IMG/VR virus record: IMGVR_UViG_3300049215_000686
Span: 64,001-128,000 of that record
DNA: 64,000 nt
Strand: one strand, 5' to 3'
Source of the DNA: a virus
In this document: positions 7,067-16,449 of the stretch, one piece after another
Numbering within the stretch: position 1 is the stretch's first letter
How the letters are laid out: each line of letters starts with the position of its first letter
Notes under the pieces: generated by a model
Database searches by the model: none
Seen by the model: only the letters and a program-made list of their open reading frames with translations
Told to the model about the DNA's origin: nothing
Position numbers and translations under genes: made by a program

Positions 7067-7093
7067 ATTATACCTTTTTTTGCTAGATCGCAA
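7067..7093 (-). promoter_or_regulatory. promoter for leader 2
   Basis: TTGCGA...GG-TATAAT, 9 nt before the leader ATG (15-nt spacer, so the -35 is uncertain); no SD. Confidence 0.55.
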
Positions 7094-7101
7094 CTTTATT
7101 T

Positions 7102-7371
7102 TCACTTTTTTACAGCAGGTGACGGACTCGGAGCGGGAGCCGGCGACGCATTGGAAGCAACGGGCTTACTCCAGCAAACTTCTCCGCCCTTTGAAAGGTA
7201 ACAAATCACCTCAGTCGTTTCGCACCGAGAAAAACCAACCTTTTTATCTAACTGCAAACAAAACTTTCCCTGGATTACGGGCTTTTCTTCTTTCTTTGAT
7301 TCTTTTGCAAAGGCCAGCGAAGAAACCAACATCATTAAAAAAATCCATTTTCGCATAATGTTCTCTCTCAT
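7102..7371 (-). CDS. small secreted protein
   Basis: Signal peptide MRKWIFLMMLVSSLAFA; Cys-containing core; Pro-rich tail. Confidence 0.6.
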   Translation of the reverse strand: MRENIMRKWIFLMMLVSSLAFAKESKKEEKPVIQGKFCLQLDKKVGFSRCETTEVICYLSKGGEVCWSKPVASNASPAPAPSPSPAVKK

Positions 7372-7379
7372 TCTAAAAA

Positions 7380-7800
7380 TGGTGGAGGTGGGCGGAATTG
7401 AACCGCCGTCCAGAATCTTTCAGTCACCAAGTCATTCACACGCATATCTGGTTTTACGATCCAGCAATCAGGGTACGACCCGTTTTACCGAGTCTCCACC
7501 ACTTGGTTTATGTCCAAGAACAGGAGAGGCGTTTCCGCGTCCACCAGCCGCCAGTTTAACGTCTCGACGACCCGACGTTTTTGCCTTTCTTCTGTTTCTC
7601 GGCTCAGGCAGCCTCATTGTTTCCTAACCTAGGTCAGGCTACAAGGCGGAGATCAGCCTTACGGCTGAAATCCACGCGAACGACGTTGTCATTAGCATTT
7701 GTTGTTTGCATCTTTGTTTCCGGGGAATCCCCAAGGCAGCCTCATGCTCTGCCTGCGCGCACTCAATTTCCTCGTTATCCTGTCGAAACCTGTCACCCCC
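7380..7800 (-). ncRNA. ssrA: tmRNA; tag ANDNVVRVDFSRKADLRLVA (7634-7696)
   Basis: 5' GGGGGTGACAGGTTTCGAC; 3' GACGGCGGTTCAATTCCGCCCACCTCCACCA with G3:U70; ANDN resume motif; LVA end. Confidence 0.95.
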
Positions 7801-7810
7801 ACATTAAAAG

Positions 7811-8035
7811 TTATCCCTCTAATTCTAAATCAATTTCGGAGACCTTCTCTTTTGTTGCTTCATTGAGATGCCCCGCCCACTCGATTTCTTGCTTTAACCA
7901 AGGGTAAAGATATAGGCGAAAAAACGCAAGAACATCTCGACTCTTTGTTTGGGCCGCCTGATCATAAATCTCAATCAGTTTTTCTACCCGAATCGCCGCT
8001 TCACTCATCTCAATGATTTCGGTGAGAGCGCCCAT
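7811..8035 (-). CDS. hypothetical protein
   Basis: ORF track; GGTATATT promoter-like site near 8070. Confidence 0.55.
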   Translation of the reverse strand: MGALTEIIEMSEAAIRVEKLIEIYDQAAQTKSRDVLAFFRLYLYPWLKQEIEWAGHLNEATKEKVSEIDLELEG

Positions 8036-8158
8036 TTTATGGTCCCCTTATTTCGTTGATTCACAATGTTAATATACCAAAACGGCTATTTTATAAGAGT
8101 TCCAGGCGTGTCCAACTTGACACATTGTATAAATTGGGCGTTGCGTTATTCTTGGGAT

Positions 8159-9670
8159 ATGAAGATCCAACGTCTTTTAATAATTTTGGTCAGTGGGTTC
8201 CTTATTGAGATCACGCTTTCGGCCTGTAATGCACCTACCGATGCGAACACTCAAACCAATGATTCTTCTCAATCTTCGACACAAGACGATGTTTCCAGCA
8301 GCCCTGGCAATTCAGCCGATCAAGGAAATTCACAATCTTCAAATGCAAATTCGAACTCAAGTAATTCCCCTAAAGGAAAAGGACCATCTCAGCCAGTCCC
8401 CAATCCTTCATCTACGGCTTCACCTTCCCCTACACCAACGCCGACTCCTACACCAACTCCTACGCCAACGAATTCAGCGCCGGTAATGAGCACTCTCAAT
8501 CAATCGGGAGCAGAAAATAGCGCATTGGTATTTAATTTGGTCGCCAACGATGCCGACAACGATCCTTTAACTTATTCTTGTGTGTCAAGTTGTCCTGCCG
8601 GGCTGACAGTTGATGGGCCGACCGGCAATGTGGAATGGACGCCTGCTTTTGGTACAGCCGGGACCTATCATGTCAACTTCGGAGTATCTGATGGAGTGAA
8701 CCCCCAAGTCACCCAGTCAGTCCAAATTACAATCGCTCACACCAATCGGCCCCCTGTCATTCAGCCGCTTACGTCTCAAAGCGTGAGTACTGGACAGACT
8801 TTAACCATCACTCCCGTTATTTCAGATCCAGACCAGGATGCCTTAACTTTAACCATGAATAACCCTCTGCCCGCCAACTCTGCTTTTAATGGTACTTCTT
8901 TCAGTTTTAGCCCCACCAACGCACAAGCCGGACAATATACCGTGACCTTTAATCTCAGCGATGGTGTTTTAACGACTTCTGAAAGAGTGACTATCACATC
9001 AAACTCGGTGAACATCGCGCCGCAAATGGCTTCGATCGCCAGCCAAAGTATTTCCCAACAACAGCCCATTACATTTGCCGTTTCCGCGACCGATGCGAAC
9101 AATGATCCGTTAGTCTACAGCAGCGCGAATCTTCCAGCAGGAGCGACTTTTGCTAATAATCAATTCTCTTGGACACCTTCTTGCGGACAAAACGGGACTT
9201 ATACGCCGACCTTTACGGTAACCGATACCGGAGGTTTGACGGATACAAAATCGCCCACAATCACGGTTTCAGCCAGCGACTATTACACAGTTACTTGGAA
9301 CTCCAACATTGCTCCCTCATTATCGGGAACAAACGGAAACTCGACAAATGCCTATGCGGGAATCGGGTTTTATCTCGGAGCAGGAGGACTGACCTATTCC
9401 TATGTTGCTGAATTCGATTGTAATAACAAGACATGGAATAAGGCATGGAATGCTGGAACAAGGACGCTTTCGGTAACAAATCCGTTTGGGAGTCTCGATC
9501 CCGGCAAACATTCCTTCTTGGTCTATGTTCAAGACTCTTGTGGAACGAAATATTACCGCTTCATTCAGGTCACGGGATATAACGGCAGTTTCTCGATTCA
9601 GAAATCAGACCAAGGAGCGACTTATTCAACCGCTGGACTTTGTGGTGGAGGCCATGTTTATCAGCATTAA
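8159..9670 (+). CDS. lipoprotein with Ser/Pro-Thr linker and tandem Ig/cadherin-like domains
   Basis: MKIQRLLIILV...LSAC lipobox; PTPTPT linker; repeated N.AP...D.D.D.LTY...WTP...G.Y...V.D units. Confidence 0.85.
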   Translation: MKIQRLLIILVSGFLIEITLSACNAPTDANTQTNDSSQSSTQDDVSSSPGNSADQGNSQSSNANSNSSNSPKGKGPSQPVPNPSSTASPSPTPTPTPTPTPTPTNSAPVMSTLNQSGAENSALVFNLVANDADNDPLTYSCVSSCPAGLTVDGPTGNVEWTPAFGTAGTYHVNFGVSDGVNPQVTQSVQITIAHTNRPPVIQPLTSQSVSTGQTLTITPVISDPDQDALTLTMNNPLPANSAFNGTSFSFSPTNAQAGQYTVTFNLSDGVLTTSERVTITSNSVNIAPQMASIASQSISQQQPITFAVSATDANNDPLVYSSANLPAGATFANNQFSWTPSCGQNGTYTPTFTVTDTGGLTDTKSPTITVSASDYYTVTWNSNIAPSLSGTNGNSTNAYAGIGFYLGAGGLTYSYVAEFDCNNKTWNKAWNAGTRTLSVTNPFGSLDPGKHSFLVYVQDSCGTKYYRFIQVTGYNGSFSIQKSDQGATYSTAGLCGGGHVYQH

Positions 9671-9708
9671 AAAAAGGCCAGATCGACTTCTTGCAAATCG
9701 ATCTGGCC
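9669..9708. terminator. hairpin, probable terminator
   Basis: GGCCAGATCGA...TCGATCTGGCC with a flanking A-run. Confidence 0.6.
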
Positions 9709-9832
9709 CCGAGAGAGAGGAGTAGTATGAGCCGCTTCTTGCGGAACTCATCCACTCTGAGCGAGCAGCCATAAAAAAGCAAATGAAAAACTCTTATTTA
9801 AAGATATCAGACACAATGGTATTTTTAAAAAA

Positions 9833-11392
9833 ATGAAAGCAAATGAAATCCCAATTGGCACCCCTTTCGGAGACTGGATAACGCTAAGCGTCTATGATCC
9901 TGTCACGAAACGAATTCTTTGCCGTTGTGTTTGCCAAACGGTTAAATCGATATCTGCCGGATCTCTCATCAATAAAGACTCCACTGGATGTGGCTGTAAG
10001 GCCAAAGAAAAGCGCCGTCAAACTCGAATCAACCAAGGAGACTTTCAAGACTTAACCGGAAAACGTTTCGGTAACTGGTTAGTCCTTTCAAAATCAATAG
10101 CCCCCAATAAATATTGGGTTCAATGCGAAGGCTGCCAAAATGTAAAAAAAGAAGTTTGGGCAGGATCCTTACTTCAAGGAAAGTCAAAGGGCTGTAATAA
10201 GTGTGGGGTCAAGCAGTATCGAGAAACTATGAAGAAAAAGTACGGTGAAGAACATCCGCTTCGATTAAAGGAATTTAAGGAAAAACAAATTCAAACTAAT
10301 TTACAGCGCTATGAAAAAGAAAACCCGGCCCAAAATTCTATCATTAAAAAAAAGATGGAATCGACACTCTTTCTCCGTCACGGCGTAAAAAACGCAATGC
10401 AATGTCCTAAAATCAGACAAAAAGCCGAGCAAACAACTTTAGCAAAATATGGAGTAAAAAATATCCTTCAGTCCGAATCCGTTCGGGAAAAACTTCTTAA
10501 AGAATCTTCCCAAGGAGAAAAAGACATTCAAGCGTTCCTTCATTCTTTAAATATCCAAACCCACTCTAAAATTTGCCAAATAGGGGATAAAGTTCATCAA
10601 TTTGATCTTTATGATGATCAAACAAAAATCGCCATCGAATACAATGGAGAATACTGGCATAGCGAATCGGCAAAAAGAGGAAGGAATTACCATCAAGACA
10701 AAAACCGCGATGCAGAAACCCTCGGAATTCGACTTATTCACATTTTCGAATTGGAATGGAAATCAAAAAAAGAGCAGATTAAAGGATTCCTTAAAAGCGC
10801 ATTTGGTAAAAACGAAATTCGGATCTTTGCTCGAAAATGTGAAATCAAAAAAACAGAAAAAGAATCCGCCCGTGAGTTCTTAAATCAATATCATATTCAA
10901 GGAGCAGGTCCGGGAGGATTTCACTACGGGCTCTTCTATGATCAAGCCCTCATCGCAATTATGACGATTAGCAACCATCACCGAATCCCCCATGAAAAAA
11001 TCATGTCTCGCTGGTGTGTAAAAAATAACATCACAATAAGTGGCGGGCTCAGCCGTCTGATTGAATTTGCGATGCGAGATCTTAATATTACAGAAATTAC
11101 AACTTGGGCTGACTTACGCTGGAGTACCGGTAACGGTTATCTAAAATCCGGCTGGGAACTCATCTCAAGAATTCCTCCCGATTACTTTTATTATGACGCA
11201 TCTGCTCGGAAAATAATATCAAAACAAAGTAGGAGAAAATCAGCAGTCGGAACACCGCCAGGAATGACGGAAAGAGAACATGCCGTCCAAGATGGACTTC
11301 ATCGAATTTGGGATTGTGGCAAATTAAAACTTTGTTATCGCTTAAAAAATAAAAAAGGGACGCCAGATATTCCGGCGTCCCCAATCTATTAG
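9833..11392 (+). CDS. homing-endonuclease-like protein (KYG repeats + PD-(D/E)xK/Vsr-like + GNAT-like C-terminus)
   Basis: DLTGKRFG, KYGVKN repeats, FDLY..KIAIEYNGEYWHS, IFARKC, WADLRWS, RIWDCG; opposite strand to the head genes. Confidence 0.8.
   Translation: MKANEIPIGTPFGDWITLSVYDPVTKRILCRCVCQTVKSISAGSLINKDSTGCGCKAKEKRRQTRINQGDFQDLTGKRFGNWLVLSKSIAPNKYWVQCEGCQNVKKEVWAGSLLQGKSKGCNKCGVKQYRETMKKKYGEEHPLRLKEFKEKQIQTNLQRYEKENPAQNSIIKKKMESTLFLRHGVKNAMQCPKIRQKAEQTTLAKYGVKNILQSESVREKLLKESSQGEKDIQAFLHSLNIQTHSKICQIGDKVHQFDLYDDQTKIAIEYNGEYWHSESAKRGRNYHQDKNRDAETLGIRLIHIFELEWKSKKEQIKGFLKSAFGKNEIRIFARKCEIKKTEKESAREFLNQYHIQGAGPGGFHYGLFYDQALIAIMTISNHHRIPHEKIMSRWCVKNNITISGGLSRLIEFAMRDLNITEITTWADLRWSTGNGYLKSGWELISRIPPDYFYYDASARKIISKQSRRKSAVGTPPGMTEREHAVQDGLHRIWDCGKLKLCYRLKNKKGTPDIPASPIY
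11351..11382 (-). terminator. intrinsic terminator after the major capsid gene
   Basis: GGGACGCCGG-AATAT-CTGGCGTCCC-TTTTTT. Confidence 0.8.
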
Positions 11393-11406
11393 AGAACAGA
11401 ATTCGC

Positions 11407-12921
11407 TTAGGCGACTCCGATGTTCTCGATGACGCCGCTCTTACGAGGGGCGAAGAGAATCAATGCGCCAGCAAGCCAGAGCAAGAATTCCTTAGCGGTA
11501 GAAATCGCCGCTAGATTGATTTTGAGCAGTGGGCTCAATTGTCTCCAAATCATCACTTCCGGACGCATATCCAGCATATAAGCCGAAGCAGCACCAGGAG
11601 CGCGATTTCCAAGATCCGTGAACAGCGTAGCGCTGCCGGTTCTTGCGACATAACCGATGAACAACGCCGAGCCAGTGCCCAAGTTGTTCGTGCGGTAAAC
11701 CGCGTAATGAGTCGGCTGATTGCCAGCAGACGGATCGGAGATCTTGAAGGTAACATTGTTACCATCCGTAGCGATCGTAACCGCTACAGAAGTAATGAAT
11801 GCAGCGCTTTCGCCCTGCTCATTCACCGAGGTAACGCTGTAGACGTAAACGTCACCAGCCTTCAATTTCGAACTAGCCGCAGTCTGATCCATGCTGTTTC
11901 CAGAACCCGCAGCGACCGAAGCCGCAGCAGCGTTCTTGAGGTCAGCAGGAGCGCCAGGCACACCCATACGATCCGGATTCGCCTTGGTTCCCTGTTTTTG
12001 TTTCAGGAACACGTTCGGACGAAGTTGAATTCCTCCAGCCGTGGTCACCATCTCGCGAACGATATAACCCGCACGGCCACTTTCGACGCCGAGTTGGTTT
12101 ACGCGTTCTTTTGGATAGAACTGCTTAATGAAATCCGACAACTGCTTCGGAGGAAGGTGCAATTCCGAAGGGCGACCGAAGTTCTCAACCAACACGTTGG
12201 CTTCGAATTCGATATCGCTTTCGTTCAGAATGTCCCCATCTTTCGAAAGGATTACGGTCTGACTTCCGCCGTATCCATCAAAAGCGCGGGCCTGAGCAGC
12301 GAAATCACCATCGCCAGAACGGATCTGTTGCTCGATACCATTCAGGTTAAGATTCTGCATCTTGATCGGGATCGCAGCGACCAATCCATCGAACTTACCG
12401 GCGTTGCTGTAATCAGCATTACCTTTGTAAAGTTCGCGCTCAAGTTTCTCAAGCATCCAAAGCGTCCCGTTCTGGGTCTCAAGCGACTCGATGTCATTGC
12501 CGAAATTCTGGCGAACCAGAGTTGCAGCAAGCGAAACACCACGTCGGGTCGAGAAGAACATGACCTTTTGTGCATGCCGATTATACTCGGCGTCGTTCAT
12601 CACAGGCGAGCCGCTTTCAGGGATGTATGGCGAGCCACCATCACCGTAGGCGGTCGTGCGAACATATTGCTCAGCGAGCGAATATGCGCGATCTTGGCTA
12701 ATTGACGGCCACATGACCAAATTCGTCGCATCGTAAGTCACGCTTTTAAGCGTTCCATCAATGCTTTCCACACCCAAAGCACCACCACCCACCAATTGGG
12801 TAGGAGCACCAAGATAGCCATGACCCACCTGAAGAGTCTTTAACAACTCCTCACCCTGGTTCGAGTCCATCGCTTGCGATGCACCGGCTCCGATTTCTAC
12901 TGAAAAAAGATCATCAAACAT
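11407..12921 (-). CDS. major capsid protein (SPO1/Twort-like)
   Basis: ELLKTL..G..GGGALGVESIDGTLK N-terminus; GALILFAPRK..VIENIG C-terminus; position after protease and scaffold. Confidence 0.9.
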   Translation of the reverse strand: MFDDLFSVEIGAGASQAMDSNQGEELLKTLQVGHGYLGAPTQLVGGGALGVESIDGTLKSVTYDATNLVMWPSISQDRAYSLAEQYVRTTAYGDGGSPYIPESGSPVMNDAEYNRHAQKVMFFSTRRGVSLAATLVRQNFGNDIESLETQNGTLWMLEKLERELYKGNADYSNAGKFDGLVAAIPIKMQNLNLNGIEQQIRSGDGDFAAQARAFDGYGGSQTVILSKDGDILNESDIEFEANVLVENFGRPSELHLPPKQLSDFIKQFYPKERVNQLGVESGRAGYIVREMVTTAGGIQLRPNVFLKQKQGTKANPDRMGVPGAPADLKNAAAASVAAGSGNSMDQTAASSKLKAGDVYVYSVTSVNEQGESAAFITSVAVTIATDGNNVTFKISDPSAGNQPTHYAVYRTNNLGTGSALFIGYVARTGSATLFTDLGNRAPGAASAYMLDMRPEVMIWRQLSPLLKINLAAISTAKEFLLWLAGALILFAPRKSGVIENIGVA

Positions 12922-12949
12922 TTACGTTTTCCTCCTGATCTCGGCCCGG

Positions 12950-13684
12950 TTATTCGCTAAGAATGCCCAAGGCTTTTAGTTTTTCGTCGTCCCCCTTCAT
13001 CAACCGTCCTTGCTCGACTCGGGTAATGAAAGTGGTGTCCACACGCGGATCTCCGGACTTTTTGAGTTCCAGGAGTTTGCCGACAAGTTCACCCTTACGG
13101 AGTGGTGCCGGTCCCTCGTTTTTCTTAAGAGGCTGATATCCAGCAAGACCTTTGCGCTCTTTCGGTTGAGCCGCGATTTTCTTGACGGTTTCAGCAACAT
13201 TTTGAACTGTCTTTGCGAGAGCCTCAAAACGATCATCGAAAGATTTACGAAGATCCGAAAACTGTTCGCCAGCCTCTTCGGATTTCTTCATAGATGGTTT
13301 TTCTGCGGCTTTTTCGACTTTCGCCATCAAGCCACGCTTTTCCATCTTAGTGATGAGGGATTTGTAAGTTGCCATCAACTTATCGTCGTCTTCCTCTTCT
13401 TCGCTTTCTTTCTCTTTATCTTTCTTGTCTTCTTTGTCGCCTTCTTTAGCCATGATTCCAGCCGTAGAAGCGTCACCGATTCCGGGAGTAGACACGGGCT
13501 TTGGCTTCACTTGCATGCCACCGCTCACATCCATCGCATCATCGATACCCATCTGGGCCTTTTTCATGTCACCAGAAGAACCCACTTCGGTTTCATAAAT
13601 TGCCAAAGCCTCGTCCAGAACATCTGCGACGGCCTTAAGCAATTCTTCTTGCGAAGTTTTCTTTTCGGTATTTTCTGTAGCCAT
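12950..13684 (-). CDS. putative scaffolding protein
   Basis: Charged, KS/KA repeats, P.ERK motif, directly upstream of the MCP. Confidence 0.7.
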   Translation of the reverse strand: MATENTEKKTSQEELLKAVADVLDEALAIYETEVGSSGDMKKAQMGIDDAMDVSGGMQVKPKPVSTPGIGDASTAGIMAKEGDKEDKKDKEKESEEEEDDDKLMATYKSLITKMEKRGLMAKVEKAAEKPSMKKSEEAGEQFSDLRKSFDDRFEALAKTVQNVAETVKKIAAQPKERKGLAGYQPLKKNEGPAPLRKGELVGKLLELKKSGDPRVDTTFITRVEQGRLMKGDDEKLKALGILSE

Positions 13685-13713
13685 TTATATTGACTCCTGT
13701 CCTTAAATTTAGA

Positions 13714-14172
13714 TTACTGTCCAGAAGCGCCGAGACGAGCATCGTTCGGCAATTCATAAGCGACAGCAGCATCAGTCATGTGGGCTTCATCAAGATTACC
13801 GACCGCCACAAAACCAAACTTCACAGAACTCGTGCCGAGCCTTTTGACAATGGCAGCGATCAATGCAGTATCAGTTTGTGAAGCAGCAGTGCTGATCAAC
13901 ACATAAGCCACATGCTCAGGCAAGCCTTCCGCAGCAGACGAAGACAATTCAGCAACAACGTTGAATGAATTATAGTGTCTCTGAGAAATGCAAATTGCCG
14001 CCTTATTCGTTCCGCCCAATGAAACCATTAAAAACGGATCATTGGCTTGCGGAGCACCACCGGAACCAGTTCCAGCGGTCAGTGATGAAACCACTGCATA
14101 ACCGTTGGTCAACTGGAGGTCCGCTTGCAGTCTTTCCGCCAATTGAAAACGTGTATTAGTTGCTAAAGCCAT
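13714..14172 (-). CDS. head-associated hypothetical protein
   Basis: Strong SD; within the head operon. Confidence 0.6.
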   Translation of the reverse strand: MALATNTRFQLAERLQADLQLTNGYAVVSSLTAGTGSGGAPQANDPFLMVSLGGTNKAAICISQRHYNSFNVVAELSSSAAEGLPEHVAYVLISTAASQTDTALIAAIVKRLGTSSVKFGFVAVGNLDEAHMTDAAVAYELPNDARLGASGQ

Positions 14173-14190
14173 TTTTTTATTCCTCCAACT

Positions 14191-14925
14191 TTAGGCTGTT
14201 TTGGCCATTAAGTTTTTGATTCTTTCCAATTGCGCCTGACATTTCATCAAACGAGTCTTAGAATCATTTTCCTCACGATTTGCCTTTAACTCTTTAATAA
14301 GTTCTCTGGCATTCACCGCAAGATCATAAAGACGCTCAATTGGGCTCGCGTTCTTTTGTTCAATAAAAACAGGGACAGTATCGCTTTCGCTTTTAATTAA
14401 TGCCTCAGAGGCGCCCATACTTTTCACGATTCCAACCACATCGGTTCTTGTCGTTCGGTTAGCCGGATGAACTGTGAGCGCCACTCCTTTAATTAAAGTG
14501 CGCTTAAGGACACCGTTTTTTCCTCTTTCGATCGTTTTGCCTTCTACAGACAATTTGACCGGCGGCTCTTCACCCTTCGAATGGTAGTAATTGTAAATAG
14601 AACCAATCGCGTCCGCTTCTTTGTGCCCGTGACCATCCCAGAGTTCGATCTTGGTCCACAAAAAGGGCTTTTTCATTTCATTGAAATATTTGATTTGGGA
14701 CGGGGTTTCGCAATCCGAAAGATCTTTAATCTTTTTTGCTCCAACTATCCGACCTACCAAATGTTCAAAACGACCTGAATGATCTGAATTAGCAAAACCG
14801 CGTCCCTCAAGAAGAGGGCTGATATCGGCCCCATCAATGTCGAGACTCTCGCCCTGCTGATCTCTCGCAGAAGTCGCAGCCACCCCTTCAATAATGGTCG
14901 CCTTTTTCAAATCCATTGGCCCCAT
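14191..14925 (-). CDS. prohead protease
   Basis: IEGVAA...DQQGE, NSDH, LSVEG, VALTVHPAN motifs. Confidence 0.9.
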   Translation of the reverse strand: MGPMDLKKATIIEGVAATSARDQQGESLDIDGADISPLLEGRGFANSDHSGRFEHLVGRIVGAKKIKDLSDCETPSQIKYFNEMKKPFLWTKIELWDGHGHKEADAIGSIYNYYHSKGEEPPVKLSVEGKTIERGKNGVLKRTLIKGVALTVHPANRTTRTDVVGIVKSMGASEALIKSESDTVPVFIEQKNASPIERLYDLAVNARELIKELKANREENDSKTRLMKCQAQLERIKNLMAKTA

Positions 14926-14962
14926 ATCGAAAGAGTTTGACGAAAAAAAGTTAGACTGAATT

Positions 14963-15271
14963 TTACAAGTCTAAAAAATCTTCAGGTTCTTGAGATTCGG
15001 TTGAATTTGGACTCATCTTTCGACGAAAAGACTGAAGGACTCGTTTGACTTCATTGTCATCCATCATCAAAAGGCGAGCAATGCGATGAGTGGAAGCGGT
15101 TTGGCCATTATCGGCCATGTATTTAAAGAAGCAATAATTAGATTCGGCATCAGCCACAAACCAGGGGCAGCCGCCTTGTTTGCCCTGCCGGGATAAATCA
15201 ATTGCCTTTCGGCCTTCCGGGCAAGCAGAGCAAGGTAATTTTTTGAGGTTTCTTGGGCATCTCGGATCCAT
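14963..15271 (-). CDS. Cys-rich protein with C-terminal HTH
   Basis: CPR..PC..C, CPW, NYCF, IARLL. Confidence 0.55.
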   Translation of the reverse strand: MDPRCPRNLKKLPCSACPEGRKAIDLSRQGKQGGCPWFVADAESNYCFFKYMADNGQTASTHRIARLLMMDDNEVKRVLQSFRRKMSPNSTESQEPEDFLDL

Positions 15272-15518
15272 CTTGGTTCCTTTTTTTGAGTTCTTCCTTG
15301 AATGTAGAAATCAAGGCTTTTATTTTTCGATAGAACGGAAGACTGATGATTTTCGCTTGCCCCGATTCAAGAAAAAAAACGTTCTCTTGAAGGTCAATTA
15401 AGGTTTCTTTGAGTTGTCGGTCGCTGTAATCAGCCAGATTTTCTTTCACGGAAACTGCAAGAAGAACAGAAAGTGTATTTATACCTTCCGAATTCGACTT
15501 CTCCTGTTGATTCGCCAC
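15198..15518 (-). CDS. hypothetical protein
   Basis: ORF track. Confidence 0.45.
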   Translation of the reverse strand: MANQQEKSNSEGINTLSVLLAVSVKENLADYSDRQLKETLIDLQENVFFLESGQAKIISLPFYRKIKALISTFKEELKKRNQDGSEMPKKPQKITLLCLPGRPKGN

Positions 15519-15735
15519 ATTTTGGGCATAAATCTTTTGTTTTTTCTTTCGGCTCAGGCTCCTTCGAAAGTTTTTCTTCTGATACTTCAGCAGTAAATCC
15601 CTGATACGTCATTGAATTTACTGCCGCATTTAATCTTTGAAGTTGCTTCCTAAGACGCGCGTTCTCACGGCGGAGTTGCTGGTTATCGGAATGAGTCCGT
15701 TTACGATCACTTCTCCCACGGGTTCTTTCATCCAA
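15430..15735 (-). CDS. coiled-coil + Zn-ribbon protein
   Basis: LRRENARLRKQL; CPKC...CSSC. Confidence 0.65.
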   Translation of the reverse strand: MDERTRGRSDRKRTHSDNQQLRRENARLRKQLQRLNAAVNSMTYQGFTAEVSEEKLSKEPEPKEKTKDLCPKCGESTGEVEFGRYKYTFCSSCSFRERKSG

Positions 15736-15786
15736 AGCCTTAAGCCCCCTTTTCTTTAGTTTAGGGGCGCTTAAGTAGGCTGAATT

Positions 15787-16449
15787 CTAGGCTGGAGTGG
15801 GGTCTTGCGCGCTTTCCGGATGCTCGGTCGGCTTCTCTTCCTGAGGTTTAGGTTTCCGAAGTCCTAAAAGACAGATCTCAGCCATATCTGTTTGACCCTG
15901 AAGACCCAGCGGGAAAACTTTTACTTCTCCGACTTTCATCCCCTTCAATACATCGTCCAGTTCAGGGAAAAGTTCATAATCGCCAACATTCACGCGACAT
16001 CGAGGCTTTCTCTCTTGAATCAGTTCTTCACCTTTATTGAAGAATTTAATGGAAAAAATTGCTGAATACCCCTTTTCGGCAATGTCCTCATCCGCGATTT
16101 GCATTCCTCTGGCGATGTCTTCATCGTCGCTTTCTTTATTAAATTCTTCGATCTTCAATTGCTCGGCAAGTTGTACAATTTGTTCCTCACTCGGGAATTG
16201 AGGGATATTCATTTTTGTACACTGATCGAGAAGTTTCATGATCGCCAAAGAGCGCCATTCCGCCTGGTCTGCGTATAGGCACATCTTTGAAAGCATTTTA
16301 TTTACGTTGCGCTCAAATTTGAAATAACGACCGCTCAATTCCAAAATCAATTGGAACAATTGATTAATCTGTTTTTGGATATTTTCGGCGTTAATCTGCG
16401 CCTCTTTTAAATTCCTTTTTCTAAAATCCGTCATCCTTGAATTACTCAT
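15787..16449 (-). CDS. protein with C-terminal FKBP/trigger-factor-like domain
   Basis: VNVGDYELFPELDDVLKGMKVGEVKVF resembles the FKBP motif G...IPG.E..L.GMK.GE. Confidence 0.6.
   Translation of the reverse strand: MSNSRMTDFRKRNLKEAQINAENIQKQINQLFQLILELSGRYFKFERNVNKMLSKMCLYADQAEWRSLAIMKLLDQCTKMNIPQFPSEEQIVQLAEQLKIEEFNKESDDEDIARGMQIADEDIAEKGYSAIFSIKFFNKGEELIQERKPRCRVNVGDYELFPELDDVLKGMKVGEVKVFPLGLQGQTDMAEICLLGLRKPKPQEEKPTEHPESAQDPTPA

Noticed and set aside
4209-7907. ORF-track entries overlapping tRNAs and tmRNA (e.g. 4593-4973, 5382-5609, 6368-6670, 7358-7627, 7581-7907)
   Set aside because: Spurious translations of RNA genes.
11539-13693. Long plus-strand ORFs (388 aa, 227 aa)
   Set aside because: Antisense shadows of the capsid and scaffold genes.
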